A stretch of 64,000 bases of DNA from NCBI GenBank assembly GCA_964019335.1, contig OZ025650.1:868001-932000 (forward strand), given 5' to 3'. Both the position numbers and the translations under genes were made by a program. The notes beneath the pieces are model-generated. The model saw nothing but the letters and a program-made list of their open reading frames with translations, did no database searches and was not told where the DNA came from. Positions 32,047 through 43,535 of the stretch are shown piece by piece. Source of the DNA: Diplonema japonicum (lineage: Eukaryota; Protista; Euglenozoa: Diplonemea). The number at the start of each line of letters is the position of its first letter. Position 1 is the stretch's first letter.

Positions 32047-34479
32047 ATGACTGATGGCTCTCAAACAGCAAGCTTGATTTCTGAAGCTTATGAACCATTC
32101 GAGCCGTTTGGAGGATGCAGTCCTACATTTAACCGGATGAACATCCATCGGTCGAGCGCAGTGGAAGGGTTGGAGTTGAGTAAGATGAGCAATCCATCCT
32201 TCTTGGGTCCAGGGGGGCGAACAAGTCTCGTGAGTTTTACCTTCCCCGCCCCTTCACCTGACGCTTTTGAACTTGAGGATCACCTTTCCATCGACATTGA
32301 AGACCATGAGGAGATCAAAGCAGACCACCTTCGCAATACCGCCGCCACCATGTCCTTTGAAGGTGTGCTGCGCAAGGGTGTGAAGCTCCCCGCAGACATT
32401 GACGCCGCACAGCTCGCAGAGCTGGACCCACAGAAAGTAAGAGAGAGTTTCGCCCGCGAGTGCCACGGGCTGGAACACGCATCACTGGACGAACTACTAA
32501 GGATAGTGGCCGTCCTTGGCCTGCCAGCTTCCTTCGCAGGCTGGATATTTATAAACGTTACAGAAAAGGTTCTGCGGGACTACATCAGCGTGCGGGAGTT
32601 CCTGTCTGCTGTGTACGAGACGCTGATTTTGGAGGAGAGTGGGGGGATCATGAACATCAAGACAGCCTTCTCCCTGTACTGCCTTGCGGAAGAAGGGGAC
32701 AGGAAGCGGAAGATCTCTCAAACGGAACTTGCGGGGATCCTGTCGCAGGTGGCGGAGCAGAACAAGCTCCCTGTTGGGAAGAAGGACATCACGCAGATGT
32801 CGAACAGGATCTTCGACGCGGCAGGGGCCAACAGCTCCGTCGGGCTCCCCTTTGAGGATATCGAGAAGACGGCGGCCCTTGGAGGCTCCAGCAACGTCCT
32901 CGGAGAAAAGATCAAAGCCGACGTCAGGAAGGAGAAGGCCGCCTTCGACCTCCAGACAACTTGGAAGTTTCACAAGAAGAGGATCTGGTGCATGGTCGTT
33001 ATCATGATGCTGCTGCTTCTCTGCTTCGCATGGGGGTTTGCCAAGCACGCTGAAACGCCGGAGCAGCAGCTGATGGGGTGGTCACTCCCTATGGCAAAGG
33101 GATGTGCTCAGGCATTGAAGATCAACCTCGCAGTGCTGATCTTAACTGTGTGCAAGAAGTTGATGGCCAAGGTTCGTGAGTCTTGGATATCCCATGCCAT
33201 CCCTTTTGACTCTGCAATTGCGCTGCATAAGTTCCTTGGCGTCACGGCACTGGTGTTCTCGCTCGTGCACAGCATAGCACACGTCGTGAACATAGCGCGG
33301 GCCACCAACCCCGACAACATCGACAAGTGGGAGGCCGCCATGGGCAACAACACAGAGCAGGCCACAGTGAAGGACTACGTCACCTCTCAGGTGGGCATCA
33401 CAGGCGTCATACTGTGCGTCCTCATCTTCGTCGCCTATCCTTTTGCTTTGTGGGTGAAGCTCCAGAACTACTTCAAAGGCTACTCGACCTTCTTGGGAAC
33501 GCACCACCTGTTCTACCTCTTCCTCTTGATAGTCTGCATCCACCCGTGGCCTAAGTTCAGCTTTTTCAACTGTGTCAACGTGCAGGGTGGAGACACTCTG
33601 TGGTGGCTCTTTATTCCGATGCTTGTGCTGTTGTACGAGAAGGTGATGAAGGAGAGGAAGCGGCGGGCGCCAGAGGCAGTGCTGCAGGCGTTCGTGCACC
33701 CCGGGGACATCTTGGAGCTGCGGGTGGCGAAGCCGAAGGGGTGGCGACACTGCCCCGGGCAGTACGCGCACATCTACAGCGGCGACATCTCGCAGGAGTG
33801 GCACCCGTTCACCCTGACCTCTGCACCCGGGGACGACTACCTGTCTGTGCACATCAAGAAGGCAGGGGACTGGACCGGGGAGCTCATCCGGCGGGTGAAG
33901 GAGGGGAAGTGCCCGGAGGTGGTGTCGGTGGAGGGGCCTTACGGGGCGCCGGCGCAGGCCTACCACAAGTTCCAGTCGGTGGTGCTGGTCGGGGCGGGGA
34001 TCGGGGTGACACCCTTCGTGGCGGTGGCGAAGGACCTGCTCCGTCGGATGGAGAGGAAGGACGAGGAGGTTCCGCAGCGGGTGAAGCTGATCTTCGCAAC
34101 ACGCGACGTGAACGAGATCTCGTGGCTGAAGGAGACGCTGCAGGACCTGGCGCTGACACGGTCCGCCGCCTTCGACGTGGCGATCTACCTCACGGCGGCG
34201 AAGAAGATGGACACCGCAGAGGCGAAGCTCTTCATGATCGGGCAGGACGTCGTCCGCGAGAAGACGGGGAAGGACGTCGTCACAGGCCTCACCATCAACA
34301 CCAGCTTCGGGCGCCCCGCTTGGCAAGACATCTTCAGCGAGCTCAGCAACTCCGCAACAGAGTCCCGCATAGGCGTCTTCACCTGTGCTCCGCCTCCCCT
34401 CACAGCTGAGCTTCAGCGCGTAACAACAGAGTATTCCTCACCAAAGACAAAATTTGTTCTCAAGAGGGAGCTATTTTAA
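32047..34479 (+). CDS. NADPH oxidase (NOX5/RBOH-like architecture), copy B
   Basis: Same motifs as copy A, with long identical blocks. First ATG follows a CCCAG acceptor. Confidence 0.9.
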   Translation: MTDGSQTASLISEAYEPFEPFGGCSPTFNRMNIHRSSAVEGLELSKMSNPSFLGPGGRTSLVSFTFPAPSPDAFELEDHLSIDIEDHEEIKADHLRNTAATMSFEGVLRKGVKLPADIDAAQLAELDPQKVRESFARECHGLEHASLDELLRIVAVLGLPASFAGWIFINVTEKVLRDYISVREFLSAVYETLILEESGGIMNIKTAFSLYCLAEEGDRKRKISQTELAGILSQVAEQNKLPVGKKDITQMSNRIFDAAGANSSVGLPFEDIEKTAALGGSSNVLGEKIKADVRKEKAAFDLQTTWKFHKKRIWCMVVIMMLLLLCFAWGFAKHAETPEQQLMGWSLPMAKGCAQALKINLAVLILTVCKKLMAKVRESWISHAIPFDSAIALHKFLGVTALVFSLVHSIAHVVNIARATNPDNIDKWEAAMGNNTEQATVKDYVTSQVGITGVILCVLIFVAYPFALWVKLQNYFKGYSTFLGTHHLFYLFLLIVCIHPWPKFSFFNCVNVQGGDTLWWLFIPMLVLLYEKVMKERKRRAPEAVLQAFVHPGDILELRVAKPKGWRHCPGQYAHIYSGDISQEWHPFTLTSAPGDDYLSVHIKKAGDWTGELIRRVKEGKCPEVVSVEGPYGAPAQAYHKFQSVVLVGAGIGVTPFVAVAKDLLRRMERKDEEVPQRVKLIFATRDVNEISWLKETLQDLALTRSAAFDVAIYLTAAKKMDTAEAKLFMIGQDVVREKTGKDVVTGLTINTSFGRPAWQDIFSELSNSATESRIGVFTCAPPPLTAELQRVTTEYSSPKTKFVLKRELF

Positions 34480-35516
34480 GAGAGAGTTGTTGAAATATTA
34501 ACCACGCGCCAAAAAAGAGAATGACAGGTCGCATGTTGACCAAAAGGTCTATGGATTTCTTTTTTATGTCATATGTATATGACACGTGGGTAGTGGTTAG
34601 TAGTAAAATTCAGATAAATTGCACGAGTAATCTGCGATGTAACATAAAGGGTTATTTATGAGGCCATATTACTTACTAGCTTTCTTTCGAGGCCTCCTTT
34701 TTGTTGTTTCTTTTTTTAAAAAAAGACAACTTATATCCTTATTTCCTTCTTTTCCCTTAATTCTTGCTTATCCTGCTTTCATGTTTTTTTTACCCCTTCT
34801 TTTTTTTTTCTTCTTGTTCCTGATTTTATATGAGCCAGTTTGCTGGTGACCCCCAGGCCTATAGGCCTTAAAAATTATAATGTGTCAGCGTTAAAATGTA
34901 GTCTTCCCAACACCTCTTTCTCTGCTTCTTCTTCTTCTTTTTTTTTAATTTTTTTTTTTTGCCAAAATTATATGGCGAGTCTGAAAGAGCTTGAAGATAA
35001 GAATGGGAGAAAGGGCGCTGGTGTTCGCTCTCTGGACCTTTTGTATCACGCATTCTTTAGTTAGTCTGTGTTTTACTTTCAAAAGGAAAGCCCGCTGTGT
35101 CTGCTGCAGGCTCCCCGTCTTCAGCTCTGGTTAGCTTTTTCTTCTTATTTTTTTTTTCTTTTTTTTTAAAATGCTCGAACAAGGAAAACAATTATTGCTA
35201 GAAAAAAAAGTGACAACATTGCTGGGGTTCATCGTTACCAGGTTGACCCGCGATGCGCACACATAACAAACAACTGACTCTTTTTTTTCTCCCCCCCTTT
35301 TTTTTTCTTTGTTTTTTTTTTTTTTTTTTATTCTCGTTGGGTGAGCTAGGTGGTGAGCGTGAATACCGCGAAGAAGAAAAAAAAAAAAATACATCAGAAA
35401 TAAAAAAATAAAAAGAATAAAAAAAGAAAAAACAGAACTTCAACAAAAGTACGCTTGGAAAAAAAAATTAAAAAAATTAAAAAGAGAGAAAAGAAAGGGG
35501 GGAAAAAAACTTTTAT

Positions 35517-35548
<32 letters not shown>

Positions 35549-36452
35549 CCATGGCCCCTTTCGTCATTTGAGTCACTCAGTCAACTAGGCTCATTTATCG
35601 CAAAATGGCGAGGGGATAGAAATGAATAAATCACTATGTCATTCTAATGCAAACAAAATTCTAACTTGGCTCAAGCGATCATACATCGCAGTGTAATGGC
35701 CATATCCGAGAAACCGTTCTGAGACCTTGGTCCAGAAGTCCTTTCACGACACATAAACAGTCGCCTGGAGGGGAACATGAAAAACACTGTTGTTAAGACT
35801 TGTTGTTGATTTTTTATCCTAAGGGGGGGGTACCTACCAGTTTAGTGCGTGCCCCCCCCTCCTCCTGCCGAGCTGTTCAGAGGAAACCCACAAAGGAAAT
35901 TCTGAATTCAAAAAAAAAAAAAAAAAAAAAAAAAACAGAACAAAAAGAAAAAAAGAAAACAAAAAAAAAATGGAACGAAGCATAGTCTGTGAACCACATT
36001 TAAAAAAAAATACAAAAAAAAAAAAAAGATACCTAAAGAGTTCAATTTTTTTTTCTTTTTTTATCTCACGGCTTCCTTAGCTTTTTCCTTTTTTTTTTTT
36101 ATATCCTTCTTTTTTTTTGTCCTCCTAATGGTGGATAAGTATCCGAAGCAACTATGTAATAGCTAAAGACGGCAGGAGGCGAAGGGAAGGGTTTTTTTTT
36201 TTTTTCTTTTTGTTTTTTTTTTTGTTTTTTTTTTCCCATTCCCATTTTTTTTCTGCTGAACTTTAACCGGAGCTTAACTTTCTATTTTCCCGGTCTTTTT
36301 CTTCTTTTTTTTTTTCTCCCGCCTTTTTTCACCCTTTTTTTTTTTCTCTTTTTATTTTATTTTAGTCTTGTTCACCTGTGCTGTAGGAAGAAGAGGAAAT
36401 TAATAAAAAAAAAATACACTACACATCACCCCCGCCTTTACTCTTGTTTTAA

Positions 36453-36514
36453 TAGATAAGTAGAGACAAAGGGACGTTCTAAGACAGGAACCTCCTTTAT
36501 CTCATTTCTTTATT
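36453..36514. repeat. Dispersed ~65-bp repeat, copy 2
   Basis: Similar to 28461-28527. Confidence 0.7.
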
Positions 36515-36891
36515 ACAAATGACCAAAAGAGGAAAAAAAAAATCATTTGCCTTTTTGTTTATACACCCCCGTATTTTCCCTCCCATGCACCCGGGCTTGC
36601 TGCTTTGAGCAGGTTCACTCTCATCTTTTACTGGACTTGTTGTTTTCCCGCTAGTGCGAACAAACAAACGGCCCATGATGTTTTTTTTTTTCTTCTTCTT
36701 TTTTTGCCATTCCTTCCTCTCTCATCCTTTTCTGCCTCTCTTTATTATTTCCTCTCTCCTCTCCTCCCCCCCTTTTTTTTTTGAATTTTCTTTTTTTTTT
36801 CCTTCTGTTTTTTTTTTTTCTCGTTTTTTTTTTCCCTCTTCTTGTTTTTCTTTCTTCACGCTCCCTTTATTCACACTTTATAACAGATGTT

Positions 36892-38796
36892 ATGTCAAAT
36901 GAAGGTGCCAAGCAGAGGGAGAAGACAACGACGGCCGCCAGTGTGGATGAAGTAGTGTTCACAACGCACAACAAGCGGTTGGTGTATGCCACACTTGTGG
37001 TGCTGAACATTGTGGTGCAGTATGATACTGGCGCGTTGGCAGCGCTGATGGCAGACCAGAGCAAGGATGGAATAGCCGCGAAGTTCGGGATGTCTCAGAC
37101 ACAGAAGGGCTTGCTGGGCAGTGTTGCACATCTTGGCGTGTGCACAGGTTGTTTAATTTCAGGTGAGCTGCTCTCACGGTACAAAGCACGGCACCTTCTG
37201 ATCGTCGCCTGCATTGTGAACACCATAACCGCCTGGCTGTTCTCCTTGTCCACCAGCTTCGTCCTGCTCATAGTGTGCAGGGTGCTCAACGGGGTGTCGC
37301 AGTCATTCCTCATTGTCTACGCCCCTATATGGACCGACGAGTTCGCCCCCCAGTCTGGGAAGTCAACCTGGATGGCCTTCTCGGAAGCAGGCGGCCCCCT
37401 AGGGATCGTCATTGGCTACCTCACTTCAGGATTCCTCACAGCAGGAAACGTGGAATGGAGAGTTGCATTTTACATCCAAGCCTCACTGCTCGCTGTTCTT
37501 ACGGTGGCAGTGCTCCCCATCAAGTCCCCGTGGCTGCAGGTTGTGGTCATCGACTGCGGTAAGGTGTGCGACTGTGACGACATCCTCACCGAGCCGTCCA
37601 ATGACTCTGAGTGGAAGCGTGTCGTGGAGGTCCTCTCCAACCCAGACACCTCAGATGTGGGTATCGATGACAAGCGCCAGAGGGTTGTTGTCATAGCCTC
37701 ACCTCTAGGCAGGGACTTTACCTCACCCAAGCCTCCCTCCACAGTCATGTCCCCCCCACCGGAGGACACAAGGAACCCCTGGATCATCGTGGCATCGTCA
37801 AGCCTTGTTTGGGTCGCGCTCCTAGCGCTATCCTCACTGTACTTCGTCTTGACGGGCATCACCATGTGGGTCACGGACTACCTCACCCAAGACGGCAGCC
37901 CAATTGATGTGGGCTACAGTACCGTCATCATCAGCTTCGGGTTGTGTGCGGCCACCGCCCCTGTCTTTGGCGTCATCGCGGGAGGGGTAATCCTCGACAA
38001 GATGGGTGGGTACCAAGGGAAGCTCCACAGGGCAGCCGCCCTGGGCGTGGGGTTTGGGTTGTTCGCTGTCGCCGCGTCGTATGTGTCGCTTGCGATGACG
38101 AACTTTGTAGCATTCATGGTGTGCATCTGGCTGCTGATTGCAGCAGGGGGTGCCACCGTCCCTTCATTGATTGGCATTATTGTGTCTGCAGTTTCCAAGC
38201 GCCTGCGGTGCGTGTGCTTGAGGTATGCACTCAACTCACTCAGACATCTCCTTTATAGCTTTGCAAAAACGGTATCCACGGTGTTGGGGTTCTTCCTAGG
38301 CCCCTTTGCCTGTGGGGTCATCGCCGACTTCTGGACACTTACGTGGGGTATGCGTATTGTCATAGGCTGGTCGGCTGTTGCAGAGGTGTTTCTTTTGCTA
38401 ACATGGCTGCAGAGTTATAGGAGGAAAGAAGAACTGTCGGAGGTCAACTTGCTGGTGGAAGACCCTGATCTTGTGACAAGCATACGGGCCAGCATCTTTG
38501 CAATGGTGCAGGGGACCTGTGCCACGATACCGGATGCAAGACGGATAAGTCAGAGACACAGCTTGAGGAACTCGCAGGCACACTCGACAACAGACTCTCC
38601 GCTGCTCACACATAGCCTGAAGTCCCTTGAGACATCTGTGTCTAAGCTCAGGGACTCCCTTGTCGAAAACAGCCCAGACGCCAAGACAGCCGTCACAGTG
38701 ATCAAGCAGCGTGAGCTGGTGGAGTCGATGAGTGCAGATAACGTGGGAGTGGGGGTAGACGAAGGGGGCAGGGAGGGGAAGTCCTTCGAAGTTTAA
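36892..38796 (+). CDS. MFS transporter, Spinster-like; probable in-frame 36-nt intron 38208-38243
   Basis: NIVVQYDTGA, CRVLNGVSQSF..YAPIWTDEFAP, GIVIGY, WRVAFYIQ, about 12 hydrophobic segments. Removing GTGCGT..CTCAG gives KRLRHLLYSF. Confidence 0.85.
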   Translation: MSNEGAKQREKTTTAASVDEVVFTTHNKRLVYATLVVLNIVVQYDTGALAALMADQSKDGIAAKFGMSQTQKGLLGSVAHLGVCTGCLISGELLSRYKARHLLIVACIVNTITAWLFSLSTSFVLLIVCRVLNGVSQSFLIVYAPIWTDEFAPQSGKSTWMAFSEAGGPLGIVIGYLTSGFLTAGNVEWRVAFYIQASLLAVLTVAVLPIKSPWLQVVVIDCGKVCDCDDILTEPSNDSEWKRVVEVLSNPDTSDVGIDDKRQRVVVIASPLGRDFTSPKPPSTVMSPPPEDTRNPWIIVASSSLVWVALLALSSLYFVLTGITMWVTDYLTQDGSPIDVGYSTVIISFGLCAATAPVFGVIAGGVILDKMGGYQGKLHRAAALGVGFGLFAVAASYVSLAMTNFVAFMVCIWLLIAAGGATVPSLIGIIVSAVSKRLRCVCLRYALNSLRHLLYSFAKTVSTVLGFFLGPFACGVIADFWTLTWGMRIVIGWSAVAEVFLLLTWLQSYRRKEELSEVNLLVEDPDLVTSIRASIFAMVQGTCATIPDARRISQRHSLRNSQAHSTTDSPLLTHSLKSLETSVSKLRDSLVENSPDAKTAVTVIKQRELVESMSADNVGVGVDEGGREGKSFEV

Positions 38797-39408
38797 GGAA
38801 TGTTTACAGGGGTTTACACCCTTCCTAAGAAAGAAAGAATGGGGAATTCGTGTGTTTCTTCTGATCCATATATCTTGCTTTAGGTTTCCATTGTTTATGC
38901 AAAATTAAAGAAAAAAGAAAGAGAAAAAAAAAAGGGGGTAATCGTAATGGATCCAGTAAGTTTATTTCGATACTGTTTTTTTTATCTTCTTCTTTTTCTA
39001 TTCAAAGTTTTATTCTTTCAAAAATGATTGAAGGCTTTACGTACTTGTCGGAGCAAGAAAACTCCCTCTTTTTTTTTTTTTACGCGTTTCACCTGCGCTT
39101 TCTTGATCAACAACGTCATAAAGTTTGCTCGGCAACATTTTTTTTTTTCCCCTGCAGTTTTTGTATCTTATTCCCGCCCCGGAGGAGGGGTGCATTAGAG
39201 AAAATTATGGTAGAGAAATAAAAGTTTTTGTATTTCTGTGCAAACACTCATTCTTTTCCAGATCCACAGAAGACGAGGTGTGAGTTCTTTCCATGGTCTC
39301 CACCTTTTCGTGTTGCATTTTTATATTGTCTCAATCTTGAGAACGAAACAAAACTATACTTCAGGAAATCACACACGCACTCTCAAAAAAGAAAAGGAAC
39401 AAAAGAAA

Positions 39409-42400
39409 ATGATCCCACCGCCACCGGGACACACGGGAGGTCAGGTATGATTATTAAGAAAAAATCAATCTTTTTACTATTTCTTTTCTCATCCCGCTAA
39501 CTTTTTTTTTTTTTTTTTTTTTTTGCCCCCTCTTTTTTTTTAACACAACAAAAAAAAAACCCCCTTTTTTAGGTTTAGCACTCAACACCTTGGTCTGGAT
39601 GGATATTCTCTGAATGAGAAAAAGCTGTGGTAAAGGGCCCCGCCCCACCCTCCCTCCTTTTTTTAAAATAACCTTCCCCAAATACCTACCCCCTTTTTTT
39701 TCCTCCACAATCATTTTTTTTTTTTTAACACAGGCTCCAGTGACGCCGCCGGTCAAGACACCACCAGCACCTGGCACAGCGACAGTTGCTTCACGGAAAG
39801 CAGGAGCAGTACGGCCTATTGAAAAAAGTGTGAATGAAAGCATGACAGAACTGATACAGGCGGGAAGTGCACATGTGGTGCAAGACGGTCTGCAGGCAGG
39901 ATGCTTCATGTGGACGTACGTGCAGCCCGCACAGCCAAGACATGTTGCTCTGAAGTCCGGTCCTGTCGTGAGCAGCAGTGCCGAAGCCTCCATGGCAGCA
40001 GACCTGTCCTTGTACCTCAACACCAACGGCGTTGCATACGATGACATCCTCATCGTGACCTTCTTCAAGGAGCAAGTGGGGCTACTCCACGACGAGCTCG
40101 GCAAGCTGAAATGCAGCGTCGACATCAACCTTACCGGCCCTGCCCCTGTGTCCTACCCCACCTTCACACACCTCATCGTGTCTTGCGTCAGCGAGGAGCT
40201 CCTCAACAAGCACCTCTTAGAAGGCAACTTCTCGCATCTCCTCTCCGCCGCAGCTAAGGCACACTCCACCGTTGTCTTCCTTGCGTCCACGAAGCTTGTC
40301 CGCTTGGCGAACCCCCCTGTCCCGTCTAACAAAAAAGAAACCATGTGGAAAGAAGGCTGGAAAACAGCAATTCAAACCCTGAAACGGGCAGCCTTCTGTG
40401 TCTCTGGAACTGAGGAGGAGATCACGACCGTCATGTCCTCAGAGCTTCCGCTGTGCTGCCCCCGCCACCCGACAGTTCGAGAGGAGGCGGAGCACGGCGA
40501 GGGCTTCCCACAGAGCTTCTGTCCATACCCATGCCTTGCGAGGTACGATGGGTGCACCGTTGCGAACCATGTTTGCGTGAAAAGCTGCCACACTGGAAGC
40601 CATGAGAAGTGCCTGTACGGCAGCAACAACAGACTCCCTTGCGGGCACATCAACAAGGCTGTGTGCAGTGATCCTGCTGACTGTGGGAATGCTACTGTTG
40701 TTGACCTCCCTTGCTCCCACCAGGAAGTCATAGGATGGGACGACCTCCGTCGGTGTGTCAGATATAAGGAAGTGAAACACAAGCTCACCGTTCCGTGTGG
40801 TAAGGATGCAAGTACCTTGACCTGCACCGCGGACACTGTCATCGAGTGTGGTGTGTGCGGTGCCGACAGGGTGGTGCAGTGCTGTGATCGTGAGGTGCTA
40901 AAAGATCAAGAATGTCAGTTCTGTTTTGCGCTGAAGGAAGCGATTTGGAAAAAGCTCAAAGCCGCTGAGATTCAAGCCCGTGAAGAAGAACGACTCAAGA
41001 AAGAACAAGCTTCCCTTCAGCTGCGCCTGTCACAGGTCGAAGCTTCGAAAAAGGGAATTTTCGTTGAGGGACAACGAGTGGCAGTAGTGAATGCGGAGTA
41101 TGCGCAGCCTCCTGAAGGGTATCAGTTTGTGTTTGGCGACAGGACCTGGCTGGCAAGCGGGTGGAAGCCGCCATATGGCACACAGGGTATTATCAGAAAG
41201 CGGACGAACCACCCGGAGGACTTCGCATCGCTGGTGTACCTGATCGAGTCGCAGGGGCAGGAGTTCTTCATCATGATGGGGAAAGGTCTCCAGCTGCACA
41301 ACGTGGTGGCAGAGCTCCAGAACAGCCAGCACAACGTGCTTATGATCACTGCACCAGAAGCCCCAGAGCTCGTCCCCGGTGAATGGAGGATCTACACGCC
41401 AGAGATCGGACGCGACGGGCCAGGCATCTACGAACCACAGGACTTCAAGGACACAGCAGACATCATTCAGGTGGGAGGCACAGAAAGATTCTATACCGAC
41501 AAGAGTTTACCTCCTGCGGGGAGGGCTTTCTACGTGGAAAAGAAGTTAAAGCACCCCGACGGTTCCAACGTGACAGTGTACCTCATGACGGACGTGGGGC
41601 GGGGAACGGGGTCGGCAACAAAGTACATGCTGGCAGGGCCTTCGGTATTTAGGAAGCCGCTGCAGAAAGGGCAGAAAGTGCTGGTGACATCCCCTTCGAG
41701 GCTGACCAAGTCTCGACCGTTCCACATGTTCTTCAGAGAAATCCCCTCTCTGCAATGGTACGACGGCCCTGTGCACGCTAACGACAGCGGCGTTGTGTCT
41801 AACATCATGAATGACGGCAGCGACCCTCGCTGCTACTACTACATCGTGAAAATGGATGTTCGTGGAGTGTATGCTGTGTTTCATTACAAGGGGATTGAGC
41901 TTGACGAGGAAGCGGAGCGCATGCGTAAGGAGGACTCCATGATGTTTGAAAAGCTCGACCGCATGACACAAGAAGAATGGGATGGCGAGAAAGAAACCGC
42001 AAAAGAGGTCTACAAGAAGCAGAGGGAATCCAATGCTCGGCATAAAGAAGAGGCGGCCGCAACACTGAACGCTATTCGGATCTCGAAGGCGAAGGGGGAG
42101 AAGAAGTTAACTGCTGCTGAGAAGTCACAACGAGACACCGAAATGAACCGACAGAGGGAGGAGAGCCAAATAAAGAGAAAGAGGCTAGACAGGGAGGAAG
42201 AGAACAGAAATGAAAGGGACATCAGCTCCATGAAGCGAAGGCGAATTGAGAAGTCCAAAGAAGCCCCTGTAGGGTGGGAAGACGGCAAAGAGGACGAGGG
42301 TACAACAGTCACTGCACCTGCTGCGGCTTCTTCCACCGTTCCTGCCCTCCCCCCATTGTCCTCGGAGTACACACCTGCGGCGTACAACCCCTACGGTGAC

Positions 42401-42622
42401 CCACCCACCCAAGCTGCCCCAACAACCCCTCCGGCCCAGACAATGATCCACAGTGCTTATCCACAGCCCTACCCACACCCGTACCACCATCCCCAACAAT
42501 CGCCCTATTACTACCACCATTACCACCACCACTACGCGGCCGCGACTCCCAGTCCTGGGCCCCAACAGCAGCTTCCTCAAAACCACCCTTACAACCAGTA
42601 CAAACCTCCGCAGTATAAATAA
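39409..42622 (+). CDS. ZNFX1-like protein: degenerate UPF1-type helicase C-terminal segment, NF-X1-type zinc fingers, unknown repeats and coiled coil; join(39409..39444,39734..42622)
   Basis: DILIVTFFKEQV..L; LPLCCPRHP..CPYPC..HVCVKSCH..LPCGH..LPCSH. A GTATGA..ACAG 289-nt intron joins MIPPPPGHTGGQ to APVTPP in frame. Confidence 0.7.
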
Positions 42623-42788
42623 AAGAATTTAGTTGAATCATGGTGAAATGATAGTGAACTTCATATGAAGCTTGCACAGGTCTTTAGCCTCGTGCATGTC
42701 ATATTTTCTAAGTGTGGTAACAAGGTTTAACCTTGGTGAATATTTTGTCTCTTTTTCATCCTTATTTGTCATCAGGTTACACGAGAGA

Positions 42789-43442
42789 ATGGCTGAGGCG
42801 GCGATAATGGGTGGGGTCTTTGCCGGGTTCATAGGAGGGATTGCTGGTGCGGTGGCCTCATGGGGTGTGACGAAGAAGTTCAGGGTGCATTCTGATGAAG
42901 GAGACAAAATGGAGAGGACCTGCATGGCAGAGATGTGCGATGGGAGTAAGATCTTGTTGTGCGGCACTGGAGGTGGATGTGGATCAGGGTGTGCGCAGGG
43001 CTGCGCTCTAGGGGGCTGCTTAGGGGCGGTGTGTGTTGAAGGAGGTGGAAGTGCAACCGGATTCGTTGCGGGCAGCAGCACCGGCGGTGTAGCGGGGACT
43101 ACTGGCGCTACAACTGTGGGCCATGTTTTGTGTCTCCCGTGTTTTTGTTGCGGTATGACTGGCAAAGCCGCTGCAGAATGGCAGCTCCGCCGTCAGCACG
43201 AAGTTCGCACGACGCAGCTCATCGTCAACAAGAATATCAGAGACCAAGAGCTGCTGGACCATACCCGCCGAATGGAATTGTTCCTCCTCACTCAAGCCCG
43301 CCTCTGGCGCACCTCCCCCACCTCGCACCTCTCCCTCCCCGACGACCTCGTTGCCACTATCGCCATTTACTTTCTCCGCACCGCAGCTACTTGGCCTATC
43401 CCCCGGCAGCTCCACTGCCGCCCTTCCGACATCTGCTGTTAA
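42789..43442 (+). CDS. Hypothetical Gly/Cys-rich membrane-associated protein
   Basis: ATG ORF with hydrophobic N-terminus, repeated GC motifs and CLPCFCCG. Confidence 0.6.
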   Translation: MAEAAIMGGVFAGFIGGIAGAVASWGVTKKFRVHSDEGDKMERTCMAEMCDGSKILLCGTGGGCGSGCAQGCALGGCLGAVCVEGGGSATGFVAGSSTGGVAGTTGATTVGHVLCLPCFCCGMTGKAAAEWQLRRQHEVRTTQLIVNKNIRDQELLDHTRRMELFLLTQARLWRTSPTSHLSLPDDLVATIAIYFLRTAATWPIPRQLHCRPSDICC

Positions 43443-43535
43443 CTATTGATTGCGATATTTTTAGTTAGTAATATTGTTTCCCTGTTTTTCTTTCGTGTTA
43501 TGTCCATCTATTCTTACAGAGGGAATCTTACAAAA

